NCBI GenBank assembly: GCA_009702455.1
Contig: WLIA01000002.1
Coordinates: 8,184-72,183, forward strand
Length of the DNA: 64,000 bases
DNA from: Actinomycetota bacterium
GTDB taxonomy: Bacteria > Actinomycetota > Actinomycetes > Actinomycetales > Microbacteriaceae
Reading direction: 5' to 3'
Shown in pieces: positions 17,919-27,621 of this stretch. Positions within the stretch are counted from its first letter, which is position 1. Every line of letters begins with the position of its first letter. The notes under the pieces are model-generated. The model saw only the letters and a program-made list of their open reading frames with translations, made no database searches and was not told the origin of the DNA. A program made the position numbers and the translations under genes.

Positions 17919-19160
17919 ATGAGTACTCCTCGCATTTTCGGCATGGTGCTAGCCGGTGGTGAGGGCAAGCGTTTGATGCCCCTAACCGACGAACGTGCGA
18001 AGCCTGCTGTGCCTTTTGGCGGTAGCTACCGGTTGATTGACTTCGCGTTGTCGAATCTCATCAATTCGGGTTTGCGCAGAATCGTCGTCTTGACGCAATA
18101 CAAGTCGCACTCGCTTGACCGCCACATTTCGCAAACTTGGAGAATGTCTCCGTTGCTCGGTTCATATGTCGCTTCTGTTCCTGCCCAGCAGCGACTCGGA
18201 AAGCGTTGGTTTTCTGGCAGCGCAGATGCGATTTTGCAAAGCATGAACCTTTTGAGCGATGAGCGTCCGGATATTGTTGTCATTGTCGGCGCAGACCACG
18301 TTTACCGCATGGATTTCGATCAGATGATTCAGGCGCACATCGAATCTGGTCGCGGAGTAACCGTTGCCGCAATTAGGCAGCCGCTTCAACTCGCAACTCA
18401 GTTTGGTGTCATTGAGGTTGACGACAATGACTCAACCAAGATTTCGGCGTTCCGCGAAAAGCCGAGCGACCCGAAGCCGCTTATCGACGCTCCCAACGAG
18501 GCGCTCGTCTCGATGGGTAACTACGTTTTTTCTGCCCAAGCGCTAATTGACGCAATCGAACACGACGGCACGCTAGCCGATTCGACGCACGACATGGGTG
18601 GCGACATAATCCCCTACATGGTTGAACGCCAGGATGCCGGTGCTTACGACTTCACCTTCAACCAGATTCCCGGTTCGACCGAGCGCGACCACTCATACTG
18701 GCGCGATGTGGGAACCATCGAGTCTTACTACGAAGCCCACATGGATCTCATTTCGGTGATGCCGGTTTTCAATCTTTATAACGGCGAATGGCCGATTCAC
18801 ACTCAGCAGGTTAACCTTCCTCCAGCCAAGTTCGTTCACGATGGCGAAGGCAACCAGGGGCGCACTATCGACTCAATCGTTTCACTTGGCACCGTGATTT
18901 CTGGCGGTGTTGTTGAACGAAGTGTGCTCTCGCCAAATGTAAGGGTGCACTCGCGTGCGTCAGTAACCGATTCGGTTTTGCTCGACGACGTTCAGGTTGG
19001 TCGCGACTGCACCGTGCGTCGCGCAATTCTCGACAAGAGCGTCGTGGTGGCCGACGGTGCCTCGATTGGTGTCGATCGTGAGAGAGATCTTGCGCGAGGT
19101 TTCACAGTTTCTGACACGGGCATAACCGTGGTTGCAAAGGGTGTGCTGGTTACACCTTGA
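17919..19160 (+). CDS. glgC: Glucose-1-phosphate adenylyltransferase
   Basis: [42 protein letters not shown]; ATG 17919. Confidence 0.96.
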   Translation: MSTPRIFGMVLAGGEGKRLMPLTDERAKPAVPFGGSYRLIDFALSNLINSGLRRIVVLTQYKSHSLDRHISQTWRMSPLLGSYVASVPAQQRLGKRWFSGSADAILQSMNLLSDERPDIVVIVGADHVYRMDFDQMIQAHIESGRGVTVAAIRQPLQLATQFGVIEVDDNDSTKISAFREKPSDPKPLIDAPNEALVSMGNYVFSAQALIDAIEHDGTLADSTHDMGGDIIPYMVERQDAGAYDFTFNQIPGSTERDHSYWRDVGTIESYYEAHMDLISVMPVFNLYNGEWPIHTQQVNLPPAKFVHDGEGNQGRTIDSIVSLGTVISGGVVERSVLSPNVRVHSRASVTDSVLLDDVQVGRDCTVRRAILDKSVVVADGASIGVDRERDLARGFTVSDTGITVVAKGVLVTP

Positions 19161-19795
19161 CTAAGTTTCTAGTCGTCTTCGATGTTGACTCGACCCTCAT
19201 CCAAGACGAGGTAATCGAACTATTGGCCGACTTCGCCGGCACTCGCGAGCAAGTCGCCGAGATAACCCACCGAGCCATGTCGGGCGAGCTTGATTTCGAG
19301 GCGAGCCTGACCGAGCGGGTACAAACGCTGCGCTCCCTGCCCGAGTCTGTCCTGGTAGAGGTGTTCGAGCAGATTCGAGTGACTGAAGGTGCCAAGGAGC
19401 TCATCCGTGCAATTCATGAAGCTGGTGGCCGAGTTGGTGCGGTTAGCGGCGGTTTCAGCCAGGTGTTAAACCCATTGGCCGAACTGCTAACCCTCGACTT
19501 CACGCGGGCCAACGATCTTGAGATTGAAAACGGTGTGCTAACCGGGCGAATCATCGGCAAGATCGTCGACCGGCTCGCCAAACGCTCTGCACTAATCGAG
19601 TGGTCGGCTGCCTGTGGCTTAGAACTTTCTCAGACCGTTGCGGTTGGCGACGGTTCAAACGATTTAGACATGATGCAGGCGGCTGGATTGTCAGTGGCCT
19701 TCAACGCCAAGCCGATTGTTCGCGAGCAGGCCAACCTGGTAGTTAGCGGGTTAGATCTTCGTGAGCTCGCGCCGGTTCTCGGCCTCAAGGCCTAA
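19157..19795 (+). CDS. serB: Phosphoserine phosphatase
   Basis: [33 protein letters not shown]; TTGA overlap with glgC. Confidence 0.93.
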   Translation: MTKFLVVFDVDSTLIQDEVIELLADFAGTREQVAEITHRAMSGELDFEASLTERVQTLRSLPESVLVEVFEQIRVTEGAKELIRAIHEAGGRVGAVSGGFSQVLNPLAELLTLDFTRANDLEIENGVLTGRIIGKIVDRLAKRSALIEWSAACGLELSQTVAVGDGSNDLDMMQAAGLSVAFNAKPIVREQANLVVSGLDLRELAPVLGLKA

Positions 19796-19798
19796 CGG

Positions 19799-20554
19799 CT
19801 ATCTGAAGTCGCTGGTGTTGCCAACGAGTCGGGTGTTGTCTGCAGGCACGTCTTCGACCGCTGCGAGAACTATCTCGGCTGCAAACTCGCTGACGTTGTA
19901 GAGCTTGCCTGCGCTTTCTCGACGCGACTCAATGGCACCTGGATTCGAACGCTCTAGCAGCGATGCCGTAATCGTTCCTTCGATCATGTCGCCCGAAACA
20001 ACGACGAATCCAATGTTTCGCTGCTTCAGGGTCGGAATCATTTCGCGCAGTGCGTCTTCACCGGCACGCTTTGAATATGCAACGGGCGCGTAGTTTTGCA
20101 TGGTTGGAGTGTTCATGATGAAGTGCGCTTGGTGGCTGGTCACAAAGACAACCCTGCTGCCATCGTTCATGTGCGAAAGTGCGGTTTTGAGCAGGTTAAC
20201 CTGCGCATCGCGGTTGAGCTTCATCGCGTAGTCGGCTTCCATGCCGGATTCCATTCCACCCGAGGCGTTCATAACGAGAATGTCGAGCTTGCCGAAGGTT
20301 GCTTCTGCTTCGTCAAACATTTGGCGAACCGCTGCTGAGTCGGTGAGATCTGCGCCGACGGCGATTGCTTCGCCACCGTTGACCTTGATGCCCTCAACAA
20401 TTTTGTGCGCGCGTGACTCTTTGTTTCGGTAGTTCACGACTACTTTGGCACCAGCGTCGGCGAGAAAACTAACCGTGTCAGCGCCAATTCCGCGGGATGA
20501 GCCGGTGACCAGCGCGACTTTGCCGTCAAGTGAGTGTTTAGCAAGCGGGTTCAT
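19799..20554 (-). CDS. Short-chain dehydrogenase/reductase, actinobacterial atypical family
   Basis: TGSSRGIG, NASGG, VTSHQAH, YAPVAYSK. Confidence 0.88.
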   Translation of the reverse strand: MNPLAKHSLDGKVALVTGSSRGIGADTVSFLADAGAKVVVNYRNKESRAHKIVEGIKVNGGEAIAVGADLTDSAAVRQMFDEAEATFGKLDILVMNASGGMESGMEADYAMKLNRDAQVNLLKTALSHMNDGSRVVFVTSHQAHFIMNTPTMQNYAPVAYSKRAGEDALREMIPTLKQRNIGFVVVSGDMIEGTITASLLERSNPGAIESRRESAGKLYNVSEFAAEIVLAAVEDVPADNTRLVGNTSDFR

Positions 20555-20556
20555 GT

Positions 20557-21264
20557 TTAGTGCCCCATGCCTAATCCGCCGTCGACCGGAATTACGGCTC
20601 CAGAGATGTACGACGCCTCGTCAGATGCCATCCAGGCGACAACTTTGGCGACTTCTTCTGGAGATGCAAATCTGCCTGCCGGAATTCTCTTTTTGTACTC
20701 TGCCTGCTGTTCTTCGGCAAGTGCGGCGGTCATGTCGGTGTCGATGAAGCCAGGTGCAATCACGTTAGCTGTGATGTTTCGTGCCCCGAGCTCGCGAGTG
20801 ATCGATCTGGCCATGCCAACGAGTGCGGCTTTAGTCGACGAGTAGTTGATTTGACCTGCAGAACCGAGCAGACCGACAACCGAGCCAATCAGAATGACGC
20901 GGCCAAACTTTTTCTTGATCATGCCCATTGATGCGCGGCGCACGACTCTGAAAACGCCGTTCAGGTTGGTATCGACAACTTCTTCGAACTGCTCATCGGT
21001 CATGCGCATCAAAAGGGTGTCGCGAGTAATTCCAGCATTTGCCACCAGAATCTCTACCGGGCCGAGCTTCTCTTCTATCTCTGCAAAGGCGGCGTCTAGC
21101 GAGGCGGGGTCGGTAACGTCTGCCTTCACACTCAAGGTTCCTGCCGGGCCTTCACCCGAGCGAACGGTCACGGCAACCCGGTGCCCCTGGCGCACAAACT
21201 CTTCAGCTATCGAGCGGCCAATTCCGCGATTGCCACCGGTAACGAGAACCGTTCTCTCTGTCAT
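20557..21264 (-). CDS. fabG: 3-oxoacyl-ACP reductase
   Basis: TGGNRGIG, NAGITRD, NYSSTK, PGFIDTDMT, VDGGLGMGH; ATG 21264 after GGAG. Confidence 0.93.
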   Translation of the reverse strand: MTERTVLVTGGNRGIGRSIAEEFVRQGHRVAVTVRSGEGPAGTLSVKADVTDPASLDAAFAEIEEKLGPVEILVANAGITRDTLLMRMTDEQFEEVVDTNLNGVFRVVRRASMGMIKKKFGRVILIGSVVGLLGSAGQINYSSTKAALVGMARSITRELGARNITANVIAPGFIDTDMTAALAEEQQAEYKKRIPAGRFASPEEVAKVVAWMASDEASYISGAVIPVDGGLGMGH

Positions 21265-21370
21265 TTTGCTCCGATACAGGAATAGTGGTGCTAAAAAAGT
21301 CGTTGTAACTAGGGCAAGTCTAGCCACTGGCTTAAAGTTAGACAGGTAGCCCTGCAGCGAAGGAATTTCA

Positions 21371-21670
21371 TTGGAAAAGACCCAGAGTGTCACCAATCTT
21401 GACATCTCTCCAGAGGCCGAGCGCAAGTCTCGAATGGTTCGCTACCTAATTGCCATGTCGATTCGTGTGGTCTGCATCATCGGCGGTGTATTCGTTGAGG
21501 GCTGGCTCATGTGGGTCTGCTTTGCTGGCGCGATTTTCTTGCCCTACTTTGCCGTGATTATTGCCAATGCGGCCGGAAACACATCCGGCAGGTCGGCCAA
21601 GACCGTAGTTGCCCCAACTCTCAAAATCGAGGCAGCCGCTTTCGAAGTTGCCAAAAGAGAGAAAAGCTAG
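21371..21670 (+). CDS. DUF3099-like small membrane protein
   Basis: RYLIAMSIRVVC...LPYFAVIIANA; conserved fabG/SURF1 neighbourhood. Confidence 0.8.
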   Translation: MEKTQSVTNLDISPEAERKSRMVRYLIAMSIRVVCIIGGVFVEGWLMWVCFAGAIFLPYFAVIIANAAGNTSGRSAKTVVAPTLKIEAAAFEVAKREKS

Positions 21671-21674
21671 CCCA

Positions 21675-21875
21675 ATGTCTGAGCAGAAATGCTCGAGGGC
21701 CGGTTGTCAGCAATCTAGCAGCAACCTGATCATCTGGCGAAATCCTAGAATTCACAAGCAGGAACGCACGAAAACCTGGGGTGCCTGCCCTGAGCACCTT
21801 GACTATCTGGTTGACTACTTAAGCCAGAGAAATTTCTTTCTCGAGCAGGTAGAAATCGAGAAAGAAGACCAGTAG
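21675..21875 (+). CDS. Small Cys/His-containing conserved actinobacterial protein
   Basis: CSRAGC...WRNPRIH...WGACPEH...YLSQRNF; ATG 21675. Confidence 0.75.
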   Translation: MSEQKCSRAGCQQSSSNLIIWRNPRIHKQERTKTWGACPEHLDYLVDYLSQRNFFLEQVEIEKEDQ

Positions 21876-22688
21876 TTGGTGAAAGCTTCGAAGTCTGATC
21901 TCATGCGCTGGTCTGGCTGGCTCGCCTTGGTCGTCGCATTCTCGATCGCCTGCGTTTATCTCTCTACCTGGCAGTTTGACCGCCGTCAAGAAGCGCTTGA
22001 CGCCATGGATCAGGTGGCGATGAACTATGACGCTCCTATTGTCGACCTCAAGTCGATAGCAACTCTTGATTCGTTCGATTCCAAGGATGAATGGCTTCAG
22101 GTGAGTATGAGCGGAACCTACCTCACCGACAAGAGCGTTTTAGTGCGCAATCGACCTCTGAATGGTCAGGCAGGCTTTCTGCAACTCGTGCCATTCAAGC
22201 TCGACAGCGGTGAAATAGTTGCGGTCGAGAGAGGCTGGCTTGCCGTCACCAGTGAATACGAAGCACCCGCTTCGCCACCAAAACCGGCTGCGAGTCGACA
22301 GGTTGTTGTTGGTCACGTGCGACCTGGCGAACCCACTCTCGATAGAAGTGCTCCAGCGGGCCAACTAGCAACCGTCAACATCGACGCGTTTATCGAATCG
22401 CAAAATCTTGGCGACCAGGTGTTTCGCAAACTCTACGTGCGCATGCAAAGCGAGTCAGCCGAGGTCGCCAGTAACCCTGTGCAGCTCAAGAGACCGATTA
22501 TCACCGAGGGTAATCATCTGAGTTATGCGCTGCAGTGGGTTCTCTTCGCGCTGATGGCAATCACGGCCTTGATCTGGGGCGTGAAGAAAGAGCGCGAAGC
22601 TCAATCGAAAACCAAGAAGATCTCGAGCCGAAAGAATCTTGGTCAGATTGATGCCGAGACCGAAGATTCGCTTCTAGACAGGGTTTAG
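21876..22688 (+). CDS. SURF1-family cytochrome oxidase biogenesis protein
   Basis: WQFDRR, VRNRP, VERGW, NHLSYALQWVLFA; two TM segments. Confidence 0.9.
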   Translation: MVKASKSDLMRWSGWLALVVAFSIACVYLSTWQFDRRQEALDAMDQVAMNYDAPIVDLKSIATLDSFDSKDEWLQVSMSGTYLTDKSVLVRNRPLNGQAGFLQLVPFKLDSGEIVAVERGWLAVTSEYEAPASPPKPAASRQVVVGHVRPGEPTLDRSAPAGQLATVNIDAFIESQNLGDQVFRKLYVRMQSESAEVASNPVQLKRPIITEGNHLSYALQWVLFALMAITALIWGVKKEREAQSKTKKISSRKNLGQIDAETEDSLLDRV

Positions 22689-24283
22689 CTGAGCGAAATC
22701 AGATCGGCGTAGCTGTCGTTCCAGAGGTCTTCGTCGCCTTCGGGCAAGATGAGAACGCGCTCGGGGTTCAGCGCTAGAACGGCACCTTCGTCATGGGAAA
22801 CCAGAACCACTGCCCCGGTAAATGTTGCCAGTGCCCGCAAGATCTCTTCGCGGCTGGCCGGGTCTAAGTTGTTGGTTGGCTCGTCTAGCAGCAGAACGTT
22901 GGCCGAAGATACCACGAGTGAAGCCAGCGCAAGACGAGTCTTCTCGCCACCACTTAGCACGCCAGCCGGTTTGTCGACGTCGTCGCCAGTAAACAAGAAC
23001 GAGCCCAAAACCTTGCGAGCATCCGTGTCGGCCAGGTGTGGCGCTGATCTCTGCATGTTCTGCAAAACGGTCTTTGAGACATCGAGAGTTTCGTGCTCCT
23101 GGGCGAAGTAGCCAACCTTTAGTCCGTGACCTTCGATGATCTCGCCGGTGTCTGGTTTGTCGATGCCCGCGAGCATGCGCAGCATCGTGGTTTTTCCGGC
23201 ACCGTTCAGCCCGATGATGACGACCTTGCTGCCCTTATCGATTGCGAGATCGACAGCGGTAAAGATTTCGAGCGAACCGTAGCTCTTGCTCAAGTTGGTT
23301 GCCATCAGCGGAGTCTTGCCACATGGAGCAGGGTCAGGAAACTTTATCTTGGCAACTCGATCGGTTTCGCGAATCTCCTCAAGCCCACCGAGCAACTTCT
23401 CGGCACGCTTGACCATTTGCTGTGCCGCCGCCGCCTTTGATGCCTTGGCACCGAATCTCGCTGCCTGAAGTTGCAGTGTCGTGGCCTTCTTTTCTGCGTT
23501 TGCTCGCTCGCGCTTTCGGCGTTCCTCGTCTGATTCGCGCTGCTTCAGATAGTTGCGCCAACCCATGTTGTAAACGTCGATTACTCCGCGCAAAGCATCG
23601 AGGTAGAAGATTCGGTTTACCGTTTCGCCGATTAGGTCAACATCGTGACTGATCACGATTAACCCGCCGGGATATGTCTTCAAGAAGTCTCTAAGCCAAA
23701 CCACCGAGTCGGCATCGAGGTGGTTTGTTGGCTCGTCGAGAATCATGGTCTCTGCATTACTAAAAAGAATTCGGGCGAGTTCGATTCTTCGTCGTTGACC
23801 ACCCGAGAGCGTTTTGAGCGGTTGACTCAAAATATGTTCTTTCAAACCGAGGTTGCTCGCGATGGCTGCGGCCTCGGCTTCTGCTGCATAACCGCCCGAA
23901 GCCTGAAACTGCTCTTCGAGAACCGAGTAGCGGCGCATTGCCTTGTCGTAGACAGCTTCGTCGACGCTGCCCATGTCGAGAGCCGTCTGCTCGAGTTGCA
24001 TCAATATGCTGCCGAGTCCCCTGGCATTCAGAATTCGGTTCTTGGCGAGTTCTTCTGGGTCGCCACTGCGTGGATCTTGCGGAAGGTAACCAATCTCACC
24101 AATGCGCTCGACGGTGCCAACATCGGGTTGCCCATCGCCGGCCAGAATCTTGGTGAGAGTGGTTTTTCCCGCGCCATTGCGGCCCACCAGACCGATTTTG
24201 TCTCCCCTGGCAACACGAAAGTTCACCTGTGACATGAGAACGCGTGCTCCGATGCGTATCTCAAGGTCGGTCACGGCAATCAT
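22685..24283 (-). CDS. ABC-F family ATPase (translation factor-like)
   Basis: Two NBDs (GRNGAGKTT/LSGGQ/DEPTNH and GLNGAGKTT/LSGGE/DEPTNN), helical linker, no TM segment. Confidence 0.93.
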   Translation of the reverse strand: MIAVTDLEIRIGARVLMSQVNFRVARGDKIGLVGRNGAGKTTLTKILAGDGQPDVGTVERIGEIGYLPQDPRSGDPEELAKNRILNARGLGSILMQLEQTALDMGSVDEAVYDKAMRRYSVLEEQFQASGGYAAEAEAAAIASNLGLKEHILSQPLKTLSGGQRRRIELARILFSNAETMILDEPTNHLDADSVVWLRDFLKTYPGGLIVISHDVDLIGETVNRIFYLDALRGVIDVYNMGWRNYLKQRESDEERRKRERANAEKKATTLQLQAARFGAKASKAAAAQQMVKRAEKLLGGLEEIRETDRVAKIKFPDPAPCGKTPLMATNLSKSYGSLEIFTAVDLAIDKGSKVVIIGLNGAGKTTMLRMLAGIDKPDTGEIIEGHGLKVGYFAQEHETLDVSKTVLQNMQRSAPHLADTDARKVLGSFLFTGDDVDKPAGVLSGGEKTRLALASLVVSSANVLLLDEPTNNLDPASREEILRALATFTGAVVLVSHDEGAVLALNPERVLILPEGDEDLWNDSYADLISLS

Positions 24284-24343
24284 GTTTGCTCCAAAATGGG
24301 CGGGTTATTTAGTGCATATCAGCAGGCGTACTACAAAAGCCCT

Positions 24344-24353
24344 AGTTTACAAT
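24344..24353. promoter_or_regulatory. Back-to-back -10 elements for ABC-F and bioY
   Basis: AGTTTACAAT contains TAAACT on the minus strand and TACAAT on the plus strand, sharing the TA. Confidence 0.55.
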
Positions 24354-24381
24354 TGAGTTATCAATTTAAATTGGAGATTAA

Positions 24382-24981
24382 ATGTCGTTTACCCTCGTCG
24401 CAAAGCCAACCATCGTTGATCGATTCGTAAAGCGCAGCCTAGTAGCCGACATTGCGCTCGTAATCTCGGGTGCGGCACTAACCGCAATCGCAGCTCAAAT
24501 AGCTATTCCGGCCTACCCGGTTCCATTTACCTTGCAGACACTTGTTGTGCTGCTGGTTGGTGCGGCCCTCGGTTCACGCCGCGGCGTTCTATCGTTGGGG
24601 CTCTACGCTCTTGCCGGCTTGGCCGGACTTCCTGTTTTTGCGCCGAAAGCTGACGGCAGCCATGTAGTTGGATTCGCCGCTTTCGTTGGCCCGACAGCGG
24701 GCTTCATCCTCGGTTTTGTTGTCGCCGCCTATGTGATCGGCTTGCTAGCAGAGCGCAAGTGGAGTTCAAACGTGCTCAAGACCTTCGTGGCGTTCGTCGT
24801 TGGTTCGACCGTCATCTACCTAATCGGCATTCCTGCTCTTTCGAGTTTCGCGTTCAACGGCGACCTTGTGGCTGCAATCACATACATGGTGCCATTCATG
24901 GTCTGGGATGTCGTCAAGGCCGTAATCGCGGCAGGCCTGCTGCCCGGCGCTTGGTTGCTAGTCAACAAAATTCAGAAATAG
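24382..24981 (+). CDS. bioY: Biotin ECF S-component BioY (solitary)
   Basis: PVPFTLQT, LAGLAGLPVFA, GPTAGFILGF, PFMVWDVVK. Confidence 0.93.
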   Translation: MSFTLVAKPTIVDRFVKRSLVADIALVISGAALTAIAAQIAIPAYPVPFTLQTLVVLLVGAALGSRRGVLSLGLYALAGLAGLPVFAPKADGSHVVGFAAFVGPTAGFILGFVVAAYVIGLLAERKWSSNVLKTFVAFVVGSTVIYLIGIPALSSFAFNGDLVAAITYMVPFMVWDVVKAVIAAGLLPGAWLLVNKIQK

Positions 24982-24991
24982 TTTTTCAAAG

Positions 24992-25022
24992 AAAAAGGAC
25001 CTCCACTCGGAGGTCCTTTTTT
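24992..25022. terminator. Bidirectional terminator between bioY and the suf operon
   Basis: AAAAAGGACCTCC-ACTC-GGAGGTCCTTTTTT. Confidence 0.9.
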
Positions 25023-25027
25023 ATTGG

Positions 25028-25357
25028 CTAAATTGAGAAGCCGATTGCTCGCATCTGCTCTCGACCATCGTCGGTGATGCGCTCTGGTCCCCATGGTGGC
25101 ATCCAAACCCAATTGATTCGAAACGCGTCAACTACTCCGTCGAGCGCTTGAGCGGTTTGCTCTTCGATGACGTCGGTTAGCGGGCAGCCGGCAGACGTGA
25201 GAGTCATGTTGATGAGCAGACTCTGGTCTTCTTCAGACTCGAACAGTTCATAGATCAGGCCGAGGTCGTAAATGTTCACGCCAAGTTCTGGGTCGATTAC
25301 CTCTTTGAGGGCCTCGACAACCTGGTCGTGCTTTTCTGGGGCTAGTTCGATTGGCAT
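25028..25357 (-). CDS. sufT: SufT/DUF59 Fe-S cluster assembly factor
   Basis: VIDPELGVNIYDLGLIY, MTLTSAGCP, WMPPW. Confidence 0.92.
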   Translation of the reverse strand: MPIELAPEKHDQVVEALKEVIDPELGVNIYDLGLIYELFESEEDQSLLINMTLTSAGCPLTDVIEEQTAQALDGVVDAFRINWVWMPPWGPERITDDGREQMRAIGFSI

Positions 25358-26110
25358 TTAGACCTTCAAGTACCTGTCGTAACCCTCGGCCTCGAGGCGC
25401 TCCGCCAACTCTGGCCCGCCCTGTTCGGCGATCTTGCCGGCAACGAAAACGTGGACGAAGTCTGGCTTGATGTAGTTCAGAATTCGGGTGTAGTGGGTGA
25501 TCAGAAGCAAGCCGAAGCCGTTGGCATCCTTGATGCGGTTCACGCCCTCGCTAACAACGCGAAGTGCGTCTACGTCTAGGCCTGAGTCGGTTTCGTCGAG
25601 AATGGCGAACTTCGGCTTCAGCAGCTCGAGCTGAAGAATCTCGTGGCGCTTCTTCTCGCCACCCGAGAAGCCCTCGTTGACGTTTCGCTCGGTGAATCCG
25701 GCGTCCATCTTGAGGTTGGTCATTGCCTCGCGAACCTCGTTGATCCAGGTGCGAATGGCAGGCGCTTCACCCGTGATGGCAGTCTTTGCTGTTCTCAAGA
25801 AGTTGCTAACCGATACACCGGGAATCTCGACCGGATACTGCATCGCCAGAAAGAGACCCGCACGAGCGCGCTCGTCAACGCTCATTTCGAGAACGTTCTC
25901 GCCGTCAAGGGTGATCTCTCCCTCGGTTACCGTGTACTTCGGGTGCCCCGCGATTGTATAGGCAAGGGTTGACTTGCCAGAACCGTTTGGCCCCATGATT
26001 GCGTGGCTCTCACCGCTGCGAATCGTAAGGTCGACTCCCTTGAGAATCTCTATGCTTCCCTGCTCTGTCTCGACAGTTACGTGCAGGTTCTTTACTTGAA
26101 GGGTTGCCAT
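25358..26110 (-). CDS. sufC: Fe-S cluster assembly ATPase SufC
   Basis: GPNGSGKST, FLAMQYPVEIPGV, NEGFSGGEKKR, DETDSGLD, ITHY. Confidence 0.97.
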   Translation of the reverse strand: MATLQVKNLHVTVETEQGSIEILKGVDLTIRSGESHAIMGPNGSGKSTLAYTIAGHPKYTVTEGEITLDGENVLEMSVDERARAGLFLAMQYPVEIPGVSVSNFLRTAKTAITGEAPAIRTWINEVREAMTNLKMDAGFTERNVNEGFSGGEKKRHEILQLELLKPKFAILDETDSGLDVDALRVVSEGVNRIKDANGFGLLLITHYTRILNYIKPDFVHVFVAGKIAEQGGPELAERLEAEGYDRYLKV

Positions 26111-26122
26111 GTTTTTTCTTTC

Positions 26123-26458
26123 CTACGCTTCGTATTCGACGAAAACTTCGTCATTTTCAATAATTACTTCGTAAACACGGATGGGTTCGAACGCCGGAAG
26201 CGTCGGTGAACCGTCGGTGAACGAAAACTTTGCTCCGTGTGAAGGGCACTCGACATAGTCGTTGGTGAAGTGCACGAAGTCTTCGAGGTTTGGCTGGTTG
26301 TGAGCTGTCAGCGAGATGCTCTCGTGTGAGCACATGTCGTCAACGACGTGGTAGTTGCCATCCTTCGACCTGAAGATTGCTAGAACGTTGCCGCCGAGTG
26401 TTGCCCTGGTGTACGCACCCTTTGCAAGATCTTCTACTCCGCAAATTCTGATTGCCAT
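26123..26458 (-). CDS. Rieske-type [2Fe-2S] ferredoxin
   Basis: CSH...CPSHG ligand pairs; located between sufD and sufC. Confidence 0.88.
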   Translation of the reverse strand: MAIRICGVEDLAKGAYTRATLGGNVLAIFRSKDGNYHVVDDMCSHESISLTAHNQPNLEDFVHFTNDYVECPSHGAKFSFTDGSPTLPAFEPIRVYEVIIENDEVFVEYEA

Positions 26459-27621
26459 TAGTGGTTACCTCTCGCCAGTTCTAGCTCGATCGATGCATTT
26501 AGGCGCTCTTCAATTGAGTCGACGCCAATCTGCTGAATGATTTCGTTTAGGAATCCGCGAACCACAAGCCTGCGAGCGTCGAGTTCGTTGATGCCGCGTG
26601 CCTGTAGATAGAACAACTGCTCGTCGTCGAAACGTCCGCTGGCACTTGCGTGACCGGCACCTTCGATTTCACCGGTTTCGATTTCTAGGTTAGGAACCGA
26701 GTCTGCGCGTGCGCCATCGGTGAGCAATAGGTTGCGGTTGAGTTCGTAGGTGTCGGTGCCCTCTGCTGCCTTGCGAATAAGAACGTCACCGATCCAAACC
26801 GTGTGCGCTCCCTTGCCCTGCAGCGCTCCCTTGTAGGTGACTCGTGACTTGCAGTTGGCCACTGCGTGGTCTACGTAGCTACGGTGTTCGAGGTGTTGAC
26901 CGGCGTCTGCGAAGTAAAGGCCGAGAAGTTCAACTTCGGCTCCCGGTGCGGTGAACTCGGCATTTGGAGTAACGCGAACGGTCTTGCCGCCTAGCGAAAT
27001 CACAACGTGCTTCAGTTTTGAGTTTCTGCCGAGACGCGCAAATTGCGCCGAGGTATGCACCGATTCGTCATCCCAGTCTTGAATTGAGACAACCGTTAGC
27101 GCACTTTCGTCACCAACGATGATTTCGACAATCTCGGCCAGGTTGCCTTTGCCGGTGTGGTCGAGAATTACGGTTCCACGCGCGTGGGTTTTGCTCTGAA
27201 TAATTAGGTGCGCAGCGCTCTGGTTGTCTAGATTGCCGACTGAGATAAACGCGGGCTCGCTGGCTTCGCCAGACAGAGTCAGCTTCAGTGCTTTGGTAGC
27301 GGCAGCCCAGGCGTTTGCGGTCGGAAGATCTTCAGGCAGACCGGCGATGCCAAAGCTCGGGTCGCTGGCATCTACAAGATCGCTTGAGAACTCTGCCGGT
27401 GCCGAAACCTTGAGCTCGCTAGAGGCGTCTCGCAGGGTGTTGGTGTCAAGCCCGCCCATTCGCGCTGAGTCAAGGTAGCGCCACTGTTCGTCACGACCAT
27501 CAATCTTGGTGTGCTTGCTCGGGTCAATTGACCGCAGCCGCTCATTTCTGGTCTGCAGCGGAATCTCGCCGCCGCCATGCGAATGCCCGGTGCTTCCCGG
27601 GCGTACGGTTGCTTCTGTCAC
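26458..27621 (-). CDS. sufD: Fe-S cluster assembly protein SufD
   Basis: YKGALQG, ADSVPNLEIETGEIEGAGHASASG, LFYLQARG. Confidence 0.95.
   Translation of the reverse strand: MTEATVRPGSTGHSHGGGEIPLQTRNERLRSIDPSKHTKIDGRDEQWRYLDSARMGGLDTNTLRDASSELKVSAPAEFSSDLVDASDPSFGIAGLPEDLPTANAWAAATKALKLTLSGEASEPAFISVGNLDNQSAAHLIIQSKTHARGTVILDHTGKGNLAEIVEIIVGDESALTVVSIQDWDDESVHTSAQFARLGRNSKLKHVVISLGGKTVRVTPNAEFTAPGAEVELLGLYFADAGQHLEHRSYVDHAVANCKSRVTYKGALQGKGAHTVWIGDVLIRKAAEGTDTYELNRNLLLTDGARADSVPNLEIETGEIEGAGHASASGRFDDEQLFYLQARGINELDARRLVVRGFLNEIIQQIGVDSIEERLNASIELELARGNH

Noticed and set aside
21317-21338. Shared-TA bidirectional promoter for fabG/DUF3099
   Set aside because: The plus-strand hexamer would be TAGCCA, lacking the conserved final T; a separate TAAAGT at 21333 is the better candidate.
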